Assembly (NCBI GenBank): GCA_964474995.1
Contig: CAYYUY010000005.1
Location: forward strand, 7,816 to 71,815
Reading direction: 5' to 3'
Origin: an uncultured Candidatus Saccharibacteria bacterium
Lineage (GTDB): Bacteria > Patescibacteriota > Saccharimonadia > Saccharimonadales > JALRHH01
DNA length: 64,000 nt
Positions 1-9,430 of the stretch are shown one piece after another. The translations under genes and the position numbers were made by a program. Under the pieces are notes generated by a model. It had not been told where the DNA came from. It saw only the letters and a list, made by a program, of their open reading frames with translations, and ran no database searches. Position 1 is the stretch's first letter. Each line of letters opens with the position of its first letter.

Positions 1-364
1 TTTTTTTGGTTGGGGCGGTGGAGCTTGTATCAGGAACATAAACGTATGAGTGTTGCTGGGCCATTGCATTGTATTGGTCAGCTAGTGCTTTTTGTTCTTC
101 TGCTTGCTTTTTGAGTGCATCAACTTCTTGTGTCGAAGAAGTGTCTGAAGACGAACTAGCGGTTGCCATCTGAAGTCTCTCAAGGCTCGCATCTGATGTC
201 ACATCAATCAATTGCGGAGCAACGTGATTGCGTGACCTTGAAATAAGTGCTCTAGATCCAAAGCCTACGACAGAGAGTACTACTATCCCAATCGATAGAT
301 TGCGCAAAACAGCGTTTCTTCTATAGCCCTTATGTAGCCGTTCAAGATCAAGTAGTGGTTCCAT
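1..364 (-). CDS. Hypothetical membrane-anchored protein (partial, runs off window)
   Basis: Read by hand: ATG at 364, MEPLLDLERLHKGYRRNAVLRNLSIGIVVLSVVGFG..., open to the window edge; one hydrophobic segment followed by a Ser-rich/coiled region. Confidence 0.6.
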   Translation of the reverse strand, partial: MEPLLDLERLHKGYRRNAVLRNLSIGIVVLSVVGFGSRALISRSRNHVAPQLIDVTSDASLERLQMATASSSSDTSSTQEVDALKKQAEEQKALADQYNAMAQQHSYVYVPDTSSTAPTKK

Positions 365-561
365 ATTGTTACTAATATAACACTTCTTGGTGCATGAGAC
401 TCTGGCGGAGGTTCATGGATGAGGATAGAATTTTATACTCTGTTATTGAAAACGTTATTCCAGATTACGACGAAGATTACTTAAGGTGGCGTGATGACAA
501 ATAGCGAAATACACAGTATCTCAGTAGCTTGGACTATAATTTGAACAGAGATATATGGTTT

Positions 562-3519
562 ATGACAGATAATGGTAAGAACGAAGAGAAGATACATATA
601 ATCCTACAGGAGTTTAGGGGTAATATCCGGCTGTACGAAGAACTTTGCACTCTTAATATCAAACCACTCTTAGAAAAACTTCTTGCCGATTCAGGTATTA
701 AGGCACAGGCAGTAACTGCACGAGCTAAAAGTTATAAATCGTATGAGCAAAAAATACGCACTAGATCCGAAGCTGGGCAAAAAACGAAAAAATACAATGA
801 AATAAGAGACCTGGCTGGTTGTAGGGTAATCTTCTACCAGGAAGATGATCTAGGGGCATTTATAAGCGTTGTTAGAGAGCAATTTGGAGTTGTACACGAG
901 AAGCAAGAAGTTAATGAAGATGGCTATAATGCTACTCACTTGACGGTTAAACTTAATGCCGAGCGTTCTAAACTACCCGAATATAAAAAGTTTGCCGATA
1001 TGCTTTGTGAGATACAGTTTACAACTGTATTAGCACACGCTTGGGCGGAACAAAATCACGATCTGATTTATAAAGACCAAGATCAGCTTAGAAAATTTGA
1101 TCCTCAAGGCTATGAAGCATTGGACACTGAACTTAAGGCAATTATGAAAGAACACTTAATACCGGCGACTAGACGCTTCGGTATCGTACAGAAAAAAGCG
1201 GAAAGGATTAGAGAAGGTCAGAAGATTTTTAACACAGATTATCTAAGCTCTATCCCTAGCATTGAGAATAACAATGAGATGTACGACCAGCTCAAGCTCT
1301 TGGAAAGTTACGTGAAAGAACTGAGCGAAGAGAAAACACCTGATGATGTTAATATCATTGATCTCCTAAAAAAAGCGATTGAGCAATCTAAGAAGAATAA
1401 AGTCAGACAAGATGTATCGATTTTTGGTAAAACTCCCGGGAAGAACCAACTAGACATTATTGATGTAGTCATAGACATACTTGATGTTCCATTATTAAAA
1501 TACAACCACTTTAGTGAGGTCTTTGCGATTTTCCAGGAGTTCAGCAAGCACAAAAACAAACACATCAAAGAAAAGGCCTTAAAGAGTATTGTTGACCTTG
1601 CTAAATACAACTACCACGTTATTAAGCAGGTTGATTACGCATTCCAACTTGAGCTAATAACTAAGCTTGAAAAACTACCTTTAACAATCTTGATGAACCC
1701 GGCGGAAGCAACAATAAAAATGCTTGAGGAGTTACTTGATACATCATTTGAAGGAACTAGCTTTGACCCAAAGACACAAGCTCTAACTTTGCACTCAGGA
1801 CCACTTATAGCGACTGATGATTTAAAAAATATTCGCAAAACTGCCTTAGGTATTCTCTTTAGAATGTACGAAAAAACTAAGAGCTTTGAGCTTAAAGAAC
1901 AAGTGATGAGCGCTATTCAGAATGCAACCAGATTGCCTCATACGGGCGATTGTAGTGATGAACTAGTTAAACTGCTCGAAGAAAGCGGCAGGCAGGTAAT
2001 TAATTTCTTCCACAAGAACGCTCCGGAAGCACCACTGGCTCTACTGCTTGATATGGAAGAAGAACTTATATGGTTGCGTAAAAGATTTAAGCGAGAGAAC
2101 CTTGGCAATCTTGAGCAAATGATTGATATTCTAAAAGCCAATGATGACTACCAAGTATACCGTGTTCTCGCCGGATATCCGGGAAGATTAACGATTGATC
2201 CTTCTGATCTTGAGATAGAAAAGGAGCTACGTGAAGAAAAAGCCGAAGAGTTCATTGATAGCTTTAGCCAAGACACAAAGGAATTGTGGCACAAACGTAT
2301 ACTGAACATTGCTAATAACTACGAACCGGGTGGAAGAAGACTTATTTACTTTGAAGAGTTTTTGGTCAAGCTGGGTACTAAAAAACCAGAGCTTGTTTTA
2401 GGTTTTATTAATGAGCACGAAGAAGAACTAGGTGACTATTTAAACTTCTTACTTAAAGGCGTGCTTACTACTGGGTTTAAAGACCAAGCAATAGAACTTA
2501 TTGACGGCTGGATTGAAGTGGGAAAGCATTTATCTCAAACCGTCTTTGCCGTTTGGGAATTAAGTCTTGACCAAAAAAGGCTTGAAAAAATTCTTGAAAA
2601 AGCTTTAGAAAAAAATGAAGGCTTCGCTTTAATTGCATTGCTTAGGCTGGTTTTTAAAAGTTATGCCGAACTTCCTGCTGATGTCGCAAGTAAAATCATC
2701 TTTAGCATTACTGGTTCACTTGACAGTAAAAGATACCGCCATTGGCTTGAGTTCGTCTGGTATAACAAAGAAACCCTCAATCAATTCGTTGATAGCTTAA
2801 GCGACAGTGATATAGACGTGCTACTTAGAAGCTTCATTAAAGCTGATCGGATTGATTATCACTTCAATGATGTGCTTGAAAGTATCGCAAGGAAGCACCC
2901 AAAGAAAGTAATGGAGTTCTTCAAAACCCGTGTTCTTTATAAAAAAAATAAGCGAGCTGCAAATAAAGATTACTTTAGGTACGACGCAATTCCTTACCAC
3001 TTAGATGATCTTGGTGTTGAACTCAGAAAACACCCCAAAGAAGTATTACCAGAGCTTGTCAGCTGGTTGAGTGATAAGGTTCCGCTATTGCGTTGGGAAA
3101 CTGCACACTTCTTCTCTAACCTATATCCTACATTTGAAGATCCGCTAAGTACTTATCTAGAAGAAGTTGTAGATACAAAAGATACCAAGAAGATTGAGAA
3201 TATTGTATTGCCCGTTTTGCGTGAATATAAGGGTCAAGGCTTTACCCACCCGGTATGCAAGAAGATCGTAAAGTATTACGCCGACAAATATGACAGCGAT
3301 TTATTTATTGCTCTTTCACAAACTGGCGTTGTAAGTGGCGAATACGGCTTCGTAGGGGCTTACCAAGCAAAACAAGCGGAAATAAAACCCTGGCTTGAAG
3401 ATGAAGACAGCAAGGTAAAAGCCTTTGCCGAACGATATACTGCTTGGCTTGAAAAACGTATACGTTGGGAAAAGAAACGAGCTGATGACGATAAGGCGTC
3501 ACGAGAGGCCGGACTGTAG
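562..3519 (+). CDS. RelA/SpoT-type synthetase domain fused to a long alpha-helical C-terminal region
   Basis: SYNTH motifs RAKS, DLAGCR, GYNATH, EIQFTT, HAWAEQNHDLIYK in the first ~200 aa; no HD, TGS or ACT domain recognised; ATG at 562 preferred over TTG at 529; AT-rich. Confidence 0.85.
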   Translation: MTDNGKNEEKIHIILQEFRGNIRLYEELCTLNIKPLLEKLLADSGIKAQAVTARAKSYKSYEQKIRTRSEAGQKTKKYNEIRDLAGCRVIFYQEDDLGAFISVVREQFGVVHEKQEVNEDGYNATHLTVKLNAERSKLPEYKKFADMLCEIQFTTVLAHAWAEQNHDLIYKDQDQLRKFDPQGYEALDTELKAIMKEHLIPATRRFGIVQKKAERIREGQKIFNTDYLSSIPSIENNNEMYDQLKLLESYVKELSEEKTPDDVNIIDLLKKAIEQSKKNKVRQDVSIFGKTPGKNQLDIIDVVIDILDVPLLKYNHFSEVFAIFQEFSKHKNKHIKEKALKSIVDLAKYNYHVIKQVDYAFQLELITKLEKLPLTILMNPAEATIKMLEELLDTSFEGTSFDPKTQALTLHSGPLIATDDLKNIRKTALGILFRMYEKTKSFELKEQVMSAIQNATRLPHTGDCSDELVKLLEESGRQVINFFHKNAPEAPLALLLDMEEELIWLRKRFKRENLGNLEQMIDILKANDDYQVYRVLAGYPGRLTIDPSDLEIEKELREEKAEEFIDSFSQDTKELWHKRILNIANNYEPGGRRLIYFEEFLVKLGTKKPELVLGFINEHEEELGDYLNFLLKGVLTTGFKDQAIELIDGWIEVGKHLSQTVFAVWELSLDQKRLEKILEKALEKNEGFALIALLRLVFKSYAELPADVASKIIFSITGSLDSKRYRHWLEFVWYNKETLNQFVDSLSDSDIDVLLRSFIKADRIDYHFNDVLESIARKHPKKVMEFFKTRVLYKKNKRAANKDYFRYDAIPYHLDDLGVELRKHPKEVLPELVSWLSDKVPLLRWETAHFFSNLYPTFEDPLSTYLEEVVDTKDTKKIENIVLPVLREYKGQGFTHPVCKKIVKYYADKYDSDLFIALSQTGVVSGEYGFVGAYQAKQAEIKPWLEDEDSKVKAFAERYTAWLEKRIRWEKKRADDDKASREAGL

Positions 3520-3637
3520 TCGCAATGCAGGAGTGCTGGGATGATAGAACTTTTTAACAGAGGTGGTAAATAATAAAAAAGTTCCAAGCAAAAATACTTG
3601 AAACTTTAACAGATAGGAAAGTTCTATCATTTGGACT

Positions 3638-3713
3638 TGGCAGGGGTGGCCGGGTTCGAACCGACGACACCTGGTTTTGGAGACCAGTGCTCTACCAACT
3701 GAGCTACACCCCT
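3638..3713 (-). tRNA. tRNA-Trp (CCA)
   Basis: AGGGGTGTAGCTCAGTTGGTAGAGCACTGGTCTCCAAAACCAGGTGTCGTCGGTTCGAACCCGGCCACCCCTGCCA: cloverleaf, CCA anticodon, encoded CCA end. Confidence 0.97.
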
Positions 3714-3824
3714 TCGTCATCTACTCTCGAGAGTGGAGACTCAACAATATTACTGCAATCAGACGTTTTTGTCACCTCTGTAGACTCTTTAAAAATATCC
3801 TGCAATCTGTTATACAATGGTGTA

Positions 3825-4490
3825 ATGAGTTCTAAACTTCGGCTGACACGCCCAACACTATTTATGGTTTATGGTTACCCTGGTGCAGGCAAGACCTTTT
3901 TTGCGCGCCAATTCTGCGAGGATATCACCGCAGCACACCTGCAAGGTGAGCGGATTCGTTCAGAACTGTTTGAAGACCCCCGCTATGACAGTGAAGAAAA
4001 TGGGATCGTCACCCACCTCCTCGACTATATGACTGGCGAATTCCTGACCGCTGAAGTCAGCGTGGTGTACGATGTGAACGCCCTTCGCATGTCACAGCGC
4101 CGTGAACTGCGAGAAATGGCCCGCAAACACAAAGCAGAAGTTGTCATGTTATGGTTCCAGATTGACGCCGAAAGCGCCTTTGCACGTGCGCACAAGCGTG
4201 ATCGCCGCCGCGTTGATGACAAATACTCCGAGTCAATCGACCGCACAACTTTCCAAAGCATTGCTGGTGGCATGCAAAACCCGGGCCTCAAAGAAGAATA
4301 CGTGGTGATTAGCGGCAAACACACCTACCAGACGCAGCGTGCGTCGGTACTAAAGAAGTTGTATGATACAGGCCTCCTGGATACCAGCGCTGCCAAGGGC
4401 AACGTCGTGAAGCCTGGTCTAGTGAACTTGATCCCAAATCCTCTTGGTGGTCGCGTGGACGATACGCGTCGCAATATCTTTATTCGTTAG
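3825..4490 (+). CDS. AAA_33-like P-loop kinase/ATPase
   Basis: GYPGAGKT Walker A near the N-terminus, VVYD motif; start moved to ATG 3825, 6 nt after TACAAT. Confidence 0.8.
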   Translation: MSSKLRLTRPTLFMVYGYPGAGKTFFARQFCEDITAAHLQGERIRSELFEDPRYDSEENGIVTHLLDYMTGEFLTAEVSVVYDVNALRMSQRRELREMARKHKAEVVMLWFQIDAESAFARAHKRDRRRVDDKYSESIDRTTFQSIAGGMQNPGLKEEYVVISGKHTYQTQRASVLKKLYDTGLLDTSAAKGNVVKPGLVNLIPNPLGGRVDDTRRNIFIR

Positions 4491-4510
4491 TTCCAAAAGG
4501 AAGGCTGATT

Positions 4511-5206
4511 ATGGCCATTAAGCGAGTCGAAATCGATGGTATTGGTACTGTGGCACTGATGAAGCGTCGCGGCGCTCGTAGTGTACGACTAAGCATTGCA
4601 CATAACGGTGAGGTACGAGTGAGCTTGCCAGCCTGGGCGCCGTACAAACTCGGTATTGATTTCATCAGCTCCAAACTTGAGTGGATCAAGGCACAGCAAC
4701 CGGCTGTCACTGATCTGCAGACCAAACAACGGGTGGGCAAGGCACATCACCTTGTATTTGTACGTGGCGAGGGCACCACCGTCAGTACACGCATCGTTGG
4801 CAATGAAATACGTATCCTTATGCCACCAGGTTCTGACCTGACTGACCAAGCAGTGCAAATAGCTGCCGAGAAGGCCGCTATACGTGCGCTGAAGAAAGAA
4901 GCCAAAGGTTTATTGCCCATTCGTCTGAAGCAACTGGCACAGCAGTATGGGTTTAGTTACAAATCAGTGGCTATCAAGCAACTCAAGGGCCGCTGGGGCA
5001 GTTGTACCGAGCAAAAGGACATTGTACTCAACTGTTTTCTGATGCAGCTTCCATGGCATCTGATTGACTACGTGCTCATTCACGAGCTGACACATACCGA
5101 GATCATGGCTCATGGCCCGCTGTTTTGGGAGGAAGTAGCTCGCTACACGCCAAATCTGAAAGCTGTTCGTCAAGAAATCAAAACCCACAAGCCAGTTCTG
5201 AGCTAG
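4511..5206 (+). CDS. YgjP/DUF45-family (M48-like) metal-dependent hydrolase
   Basis: RWGSC, DYVLIHELTH, HGPLFW motifs. Confidence 0.85.
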   Translation: MAIKRVEIDGIGTVALMKRRGARSVRLSIAHNGEVRVSLPAWAPYKLGIDFISSKLEWIKAQQPAVTDLQTKQRVGKAHHLVFVRGEGTTVSTRIVGNEIRILMPPGSDLTDQAVQIAAEKAAIRALKKEAKGLLPIRLKQLAQQYGFSYKSVAIKQLKGRWGSCTEQKDIVLNCFLMQLPWHLIDYVLIHELTHTEIMAHGPLFWEEVARYTPNLKAVRQEIKTHKPVLS

Positions 5207-5235
5207 ATTTATCACGCTTATGGCATAATGTAGGC

Positions 5236-6348
5236 ATGTTACCGACCTCACTCAAACGTGGCGCACCCAAAAGCGCTGATATTGAGCGCGAACGCCTCAC
5301 TAGCCTTGTAAACAGCATGGCTGACGGTGTATTGGCTATCGACGAAAAGACCAAAGTAGTGCTGTCAAACGGTGCCGCCCTGAACATTCTTGATGTAAAT
5401 GGCTCGATTGTCGGCAAATCCGTTGGTCGGATCCTCAAACTTATCGACAAAAACAACCAGCCGATTGATATTCGTAGTGTCATCTTAGACACCAAAACGC
5501 AGACCACATCTCGTGACTGGCGACTGGAATACCCCGATGGTAGCACCATCAATCTGTATTCAAGTATCGCGCCTGTACGGCTTGGCTACGGCCATGAAGG
5601 TGCAGATTCACATGGATACGTGCTGTTACTCCGTGATATCACACACGAGAAGTCACTCGAGGAAGAACGTGACGAATTCATTAGTGTCGTCAGCCACGAA
5701 CTCCGTACTCCGATTGCCATTGCAGAAGGCAACATTGGCAATGCTGAATTTGTGCTCGAAAAAAATGGCAATACCGACCAGATCAAATCCGCACTCGAAC
5801 AAGCACATGCACAGGTAAACTTCCTGGCCGGACTCATAAACGACCTTTCTACATTGTCACGTGCAGAGCGCGGCAAGCTGGCACTCGAGATAGAAGACAT
5901 CAATGCACATGACTTTATGTTAGAACTTGCCAAAAACTACACGCCGGAAGCCGAAGAAAAGGGCCTTGAGCTCAAATCTGACATTGATCCACGGCTCGAA
6001 CTACTCAAATCTGGCCGCCTCTATGTCCGTGAAGTGTTACAGAACTTCATCACCAATGCTATTAAGTACACCCAGGAAGGTTCTATCACCATCGGTGCTA
6101 AGCCTCGCAAGGATGGCGTTGAATTCTTTGTCTCAGACACTGGTATCGGCATCAGCAAGGCCGACCAGGAGAAAGTATTTGATAAGTTCTTCCGCAGCGA
6201 AGATTATCGTACCCGTGAACGTAATGGTACTGGTCTTGGGCTCTACGTCACCATGAAGCTGGCACGCATGCTGCATGCAGAAATATCCGTCGAAAGTGAA
6301 CTCAACAAAGGTTCGACCTTTACGATTTTCATTCCGAATCTTGAATAG
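5236..6348 (+). CDS. Cytoplasmic PAS sensor histidine kinase
   Basis: PAS region, H-box SHELRTP, N-box NFITNAIKY, DTGIGI, GTGLGL; no TM segment; ATG at 5236. Confidence 0.92.
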   Translation: MLPTSLKRGAPKSADIERERLTSLVNSMADGVLAIDEKTKVVLSNGAALNILDVNGSIVGKSVGRILKLIDKNNQPIDIRSVILDTKTQTTSRDWRLEYPDGSTINLYSSIAPVRLGYGHEGADSHGYVLLLRDITHEKSLEEERDEFISVVSHELRTPIAIAEGNIGNAEFVLEKNGNTDQIKSALEQAHAQVNFLAGLINDLSTLSRAERGKLALEIEDINAHDFMLELAKNYTPEAEEKGLELKSDIDPRLELLKSGRLYVREVLQNFITNAIKYTQEGSITIGAKPRKDGVEFFVSDTGIGISKADQEKVFDKFFRSEDYRTRERNGTGLGLYVTMKLARMLHAEISVESELNKGSTFTIFIPNLE

Positions 6349-7830
6349 TTATTTATTTGTTGGCTGGTGTGGGTAGGCATGCATGACAGGCAAGCTGATG
6401 TTGCGACCCTTCCACTGAACGGTGCCAAATTCATAGCCAAGCATTGAGGCGTTACCAGCGATAATCTCGACGATAACAGCAACAGGAAAGCTAAAGAGCG
6501 CTGTCCACGTACTACCGGGGTTTGTGGCCTGCAATATGAAGACATGCGTGATAGTCAAGCAAACGGTAGACAAAGCCGCCAGAACGGCTGCAAACACGGC
6601 ACCAGTTATAAGTCCCCAGATAACTACCGGTACCGCACCCAGTAAAATAACGACATCAAACACGGTCAGTAATAGTGCCATCTCTGGACGGCGATGAATT
6701 TGCGGATAGCAGATACGAAGTGCTGTTAACCACTGTTCAGCAGCAGACTTGGCGGTCTGAACATCAAGGTCATTGCTAGCACGCATGAAGCTATAACTAT
6801 CGTTGAGTTGGGTAAGCTCACGAGCAAAAAACGATTCTGGAATAATCTGCCTACTAACGGCGGCCATGCCACCGAGCTTTTTGAGTACCTTGCTATCAAT
6901 CAGCCAGGCCGTACTAAGTGCAGGTGGCCGGTTGAATGTCTTGCGTGGGATTGCTAACTCCCACCAATAGCGCATGGACTGCAGGAATGCACTCGCCATT
7001 GAAGCATCAAGCCGCCTGGGCAACACGCTGATCATACTTTTGTCGCGCAGTCGAAGACTCGTTACGAGTGCCCGAATAGCATTAGGGCCGAACCTGACAT
7101 CGACACCACAGAATAATATAAGTTCGCCACTAGCTTCGTCTGCAAGCCGTGCGTAGGCCTGGTTTTTGGCTAGCCAACGCTGATTTGGCTCTGTACCTTT
7201 GATATACCGCACACCGTCGTGTGCAAAGCCTTTGGTAACTTCGGATATATTGAGCTGCGAGTTATCATCGAGTACGATGACTTCAAGCTTGGGGTAATTG
7301 CTGGCAAGTACTGTTGTCAGGCAAGCCTGGAGGTCAATTGTCTCGTTGCGGGCTGGGATAGCCACGGTAACTGTTGGCAAATCTCGATCTGATAGGTATG
7401 ACGTGTCATGAACATAGCGTGATTTGCGTAAGTTCCGTACTGCCGAAAAAAGTACCACCAGCGCAGCAAGGAGTTGCAACAACCCTAATGTGAGGGGCTG
7501 AAATAAATCGCTAGCCCAGCTGATATACGTCAAACCAACAGCCAACAGCTGAACGACAGTTAGGATGAGGCCTGTTTGGCGGGTTGCTCGGAGTAGATAG
7601 GCTTCATTCATTCGGGCTTTTACAATACGTAGATAATTCACGATACGCGATATACCAATCAGAAGGATGAGTGCTGTTAGCCACGAAGGTTCAAATATAA
7701 AAGACAGTACTGATAGTCCGGGTACCAGCGAAGTCAGCAGAGAGACTACCGCTACTCGAAAACGCCACAATAGCTTGGTATAAAGCAGCCCTTCAATCAC
7801 AAATGTGACAAGCAGTAGAAACATGAGCAT
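6349..7830 (-). CDS. Membrane glycosyltransferase family 2
   Basis: IPARNE, VLDDNS, WLAKNQA, terminal WKGR; N- and C-terminal TM helices; start moved to ATG 7830. Confidence 0.85.
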   Translation of the reverse strand: MLMFLLLVTFVIEGLLYTKLLWRFRVAVVSLLTSLVPGLSVLSFIFEPSWLTALILLIGISRIVNYLRIVKARMNEAYLLRATRQTGLILTVVQLLAVGLTYISWASDLFQPLTLGLLQLLAALVVLFSAVRNLRKSRYVHDTSYLSDRDLPTVTVAIPARNETIDLQACLTTVLASNYPKLEVIVLDDNSQLNISEVTKGFAHDGVRYIKGTEPNQRWLAKNQAYARLADEASGELILFCGVDVRFGPNAIRALVTSLRLRDKSMISVLPRRLDASMASAFLQSMRYWWELAIPRKTFNRPPALSTAWLIDSKVLKKLGGMAAVSRQIIPESFFARELTQLNDSYSFMRASNDLDVQTAKSAAEQWLTALRICYPQIHRRPEMALLLTVFDVVILLGAVPVVIWGLITGAVFAAVLAALSTVCLTITHVFILQATNPGSTWTALFSFPVAVIVEIIAGNASMLGYEFGTVQWKGRNISLPVMHAYPHQPTNK

Positions 7831-7895
7831 ATTGTCGTTAACTATACCGTATGCCTCGTCCAAATACGATCGGCTTGATGGTGCAGTCCCCGTGG

Positions 7896-8064
7896 CCACA
7901 TGTGCTGCACTTGAGACAGTTTGGTTTTGAGTCTGCGGAGCGCAAGGGAGTCGTACCCAAGTACGGCGACAGCGCACCGTAAGGATTCAAGGCCAAAATG
8001 GCCAAGAATCAAGCGGGTTGCGAACTCCGCTCGTAAGCAGGCTTGACGGTGCAGACACATGTGG
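7896..8064 (+). ncRNA. Structured ncRNA, 6S RNA-like candidate
   Basis: Closing stem CCACATGTGCTGCAC/GTGCAGACACATGTGG, long apical rod TTGGTTTTGAGTCT/GGATTCAAGGCCAA with G-U pairs valid only on the + strand, asymmetric central bubble; hairpin plus T6 downstream. Confidence 0.55.
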
Positions 8065-8083
8065 AGTACTATTGACTTGTTCG

Positions 8084-8110
8084 GAACTACATATATGGTA
8101 GTTCTTTTTT
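8084..8110 (+). terminator. Possible intrinsic terminator overlapping the secE promoter region
   Basis: GAACTAC-N7-GTAGTTC-TTTTTT. Confidence 0.45.
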
Positions 8111-8111
8111 A

Positions 8112-8558
8112 ATGCCTAGGAGGCCGAAGGTGGCAGAGAGCAAGGATAAAAAGACAGTCCTGACTGTCAAAAAGAAGGAAACTATCCGCGAGCGCGCTGA
8201 CAAAGCGACAAACGCGGTACCAAAAAAGCGACGTCTTCGCACTGGCGCCAACGCTGCGGGTAAGCCAATTCGTAAGCTTGGTCGTATAATCGCCAAGATT
8301 TTTCGTCCACTTGGCTTTGTACTCAAGCCATTCAAGACTCGACCAGCCCGTTTCATCGGTCGCGTACTAGCATCTGTATTGCTGTTTCGCTTCTTCCGTG
8401 ACGCCTGGAAAGAGCTTCGCCAAGTTGTCTGGCCAGACCGCCGCACAACTGTTCGTCTGACATTCGCCGTCTTCATGTTCGCACTTATTTTCGGCATTAT
8501 TATTGCAATAGTAGACTTTGGTCTCGATAAAGTATTCAAAAAGGTCTTCCTGCAATAA
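8112..8558 (+). CDS. secE: Preprotein translocase SecE with long basic N-terminus
   Basis: FFRDAWKELRQVVWP motif plus C-terminal TM; directly upstream of nusG. Confidence 0.93.
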   Translation: MPRRPKVAESKDKKTVLTVKKKETIRERADKATNAVPKKRRLRTGANAAGKPIRKLGRIIAKIFRPLGFVLKPFKTRPARFIGRVLASVLLFRFFRDAWKELRQVVWPDRRTTVRLTFAVFMFALIFGIIIAIVDFGLDKVFKKVFLQ

Positions 8559-8607
8559 CAGGAGCCAATGATCACCCGATAATTACAATCTTTAAGGAGT
8601 TAGATAA

Positions 8608-9156
8608 ATGAGCACTAGTAAACGATATGATGCTAGCAAGCAGTGGTACGCAATCCACACCTACAGCGGCTATGAAGAAAAGGTTGCAGAATCTATCCGT
8701 CAGCGTGCAGATAGCCTCGATATGGCCGACAAGATCTTTCAGGTACTCGTACCAAAAGAAAAAATGATCGAAGTAAAGAATGGCAAGCGCAAAGTTGTCG
8801 AAAAGCGCATCTTCCAGGGCTACGTTATGGTTCAGATGAAAATGAGCGAAGATGCTTGGTACATCGTACGTAACACGCCTTCAGTTACCGGCTTTGTTGG
8901 TAGCGGTACTGATCCATCTCCAGTGGGCAACGACGAAATGGACAAGATCATGAAGCGCATGGGTCGTGAAGAACCAAAGCACAAGATCGACTTCAACATT
9001 GGCGACGTCGTCAACATTACTGATGGTCCATTCAAGGGCTTCGATGGTGCTATCAACGAAATTGACCCACAAAAGGGCAAACTCAAAGTCTTAGTCAACA
9101 TGTTCGGCCGTGAAACTCCTGTCGAGCTCGACAGCCTTCAGGTCAAACGAGTCTAG
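8608..9156 (+). CDS. nusG: Transcription termination/antitermination factor NusG
   Basis: WYAIHTYSGYEEKV, FQGYV, RNTPSVTGFVG, KOW GPFKGF, MFGRETPVEL. Confidence 0.98.
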   Translation: MSTSKRYDASKQWYAIHTYSGYEEKVAESIRQRADSLDMADKIFQVLVPKEKMIEVKNGKRKVVEKRIFQGYVMVQMKMSEDAWYIVRNTPSVTGFVGSGTDPSPVGNDEMDKIMKRMGREEPKHKIDFNIGDVVNITDGPFKGFDGAINEIDPQKGKLKVLVNMFGRETPVELDSLQVKRV

Positions 9157-9170
9157 TACATACTATGAGT

Positions 9171-9229
9171 GCCGAATTCAGCTGCAATCCTGGTGAACAA
9201 CCGGAATTGCAGCTGTTTTTGAATTGGGC
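9171..9229 (+). terminator. Long hairpin with T-tract after nusG
   Basis: CAGCTGCAAT(9179-9188)/ATTGCAGCTG(9206-9215) followed by TTTTT; outer arms GCCGAATTCA/TGAATTGGGC. Confidence 0.6.
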
Positions 9230-9430
9230 AGATAATTTTGCAAAACGTGACCCTGCTCAGGCAAAAGGCTTTATCGATACAATGACTGAAATCCAAGAGC
9301 TTGATACTCTCGACATAACAGAGTAAATCTGCTATATTAGACCAGTTACGCACGACTTAACACTACTGAAACGGTAGGAGAATGCTTCAGCAGCTTCAGA
9401 CTGAAGGTTCGACAATAAGGAGTACTACTT

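Noticed and set aside
7831-8060. rpmG before secE, or N-terminal extension of the GT2 ORF to 7977
   Set aside because: No L33-like translation in the frames read; the extension overlaps the structured RNA and a better ATG exists at 7830
7896-8064. RNase P RNA, tmRNA or SRP RNA
   Set aside because: No GAGGAAAGTCC, no tRNA-like ends or tag ORF, no SRP domain IV motif; too short for the first two
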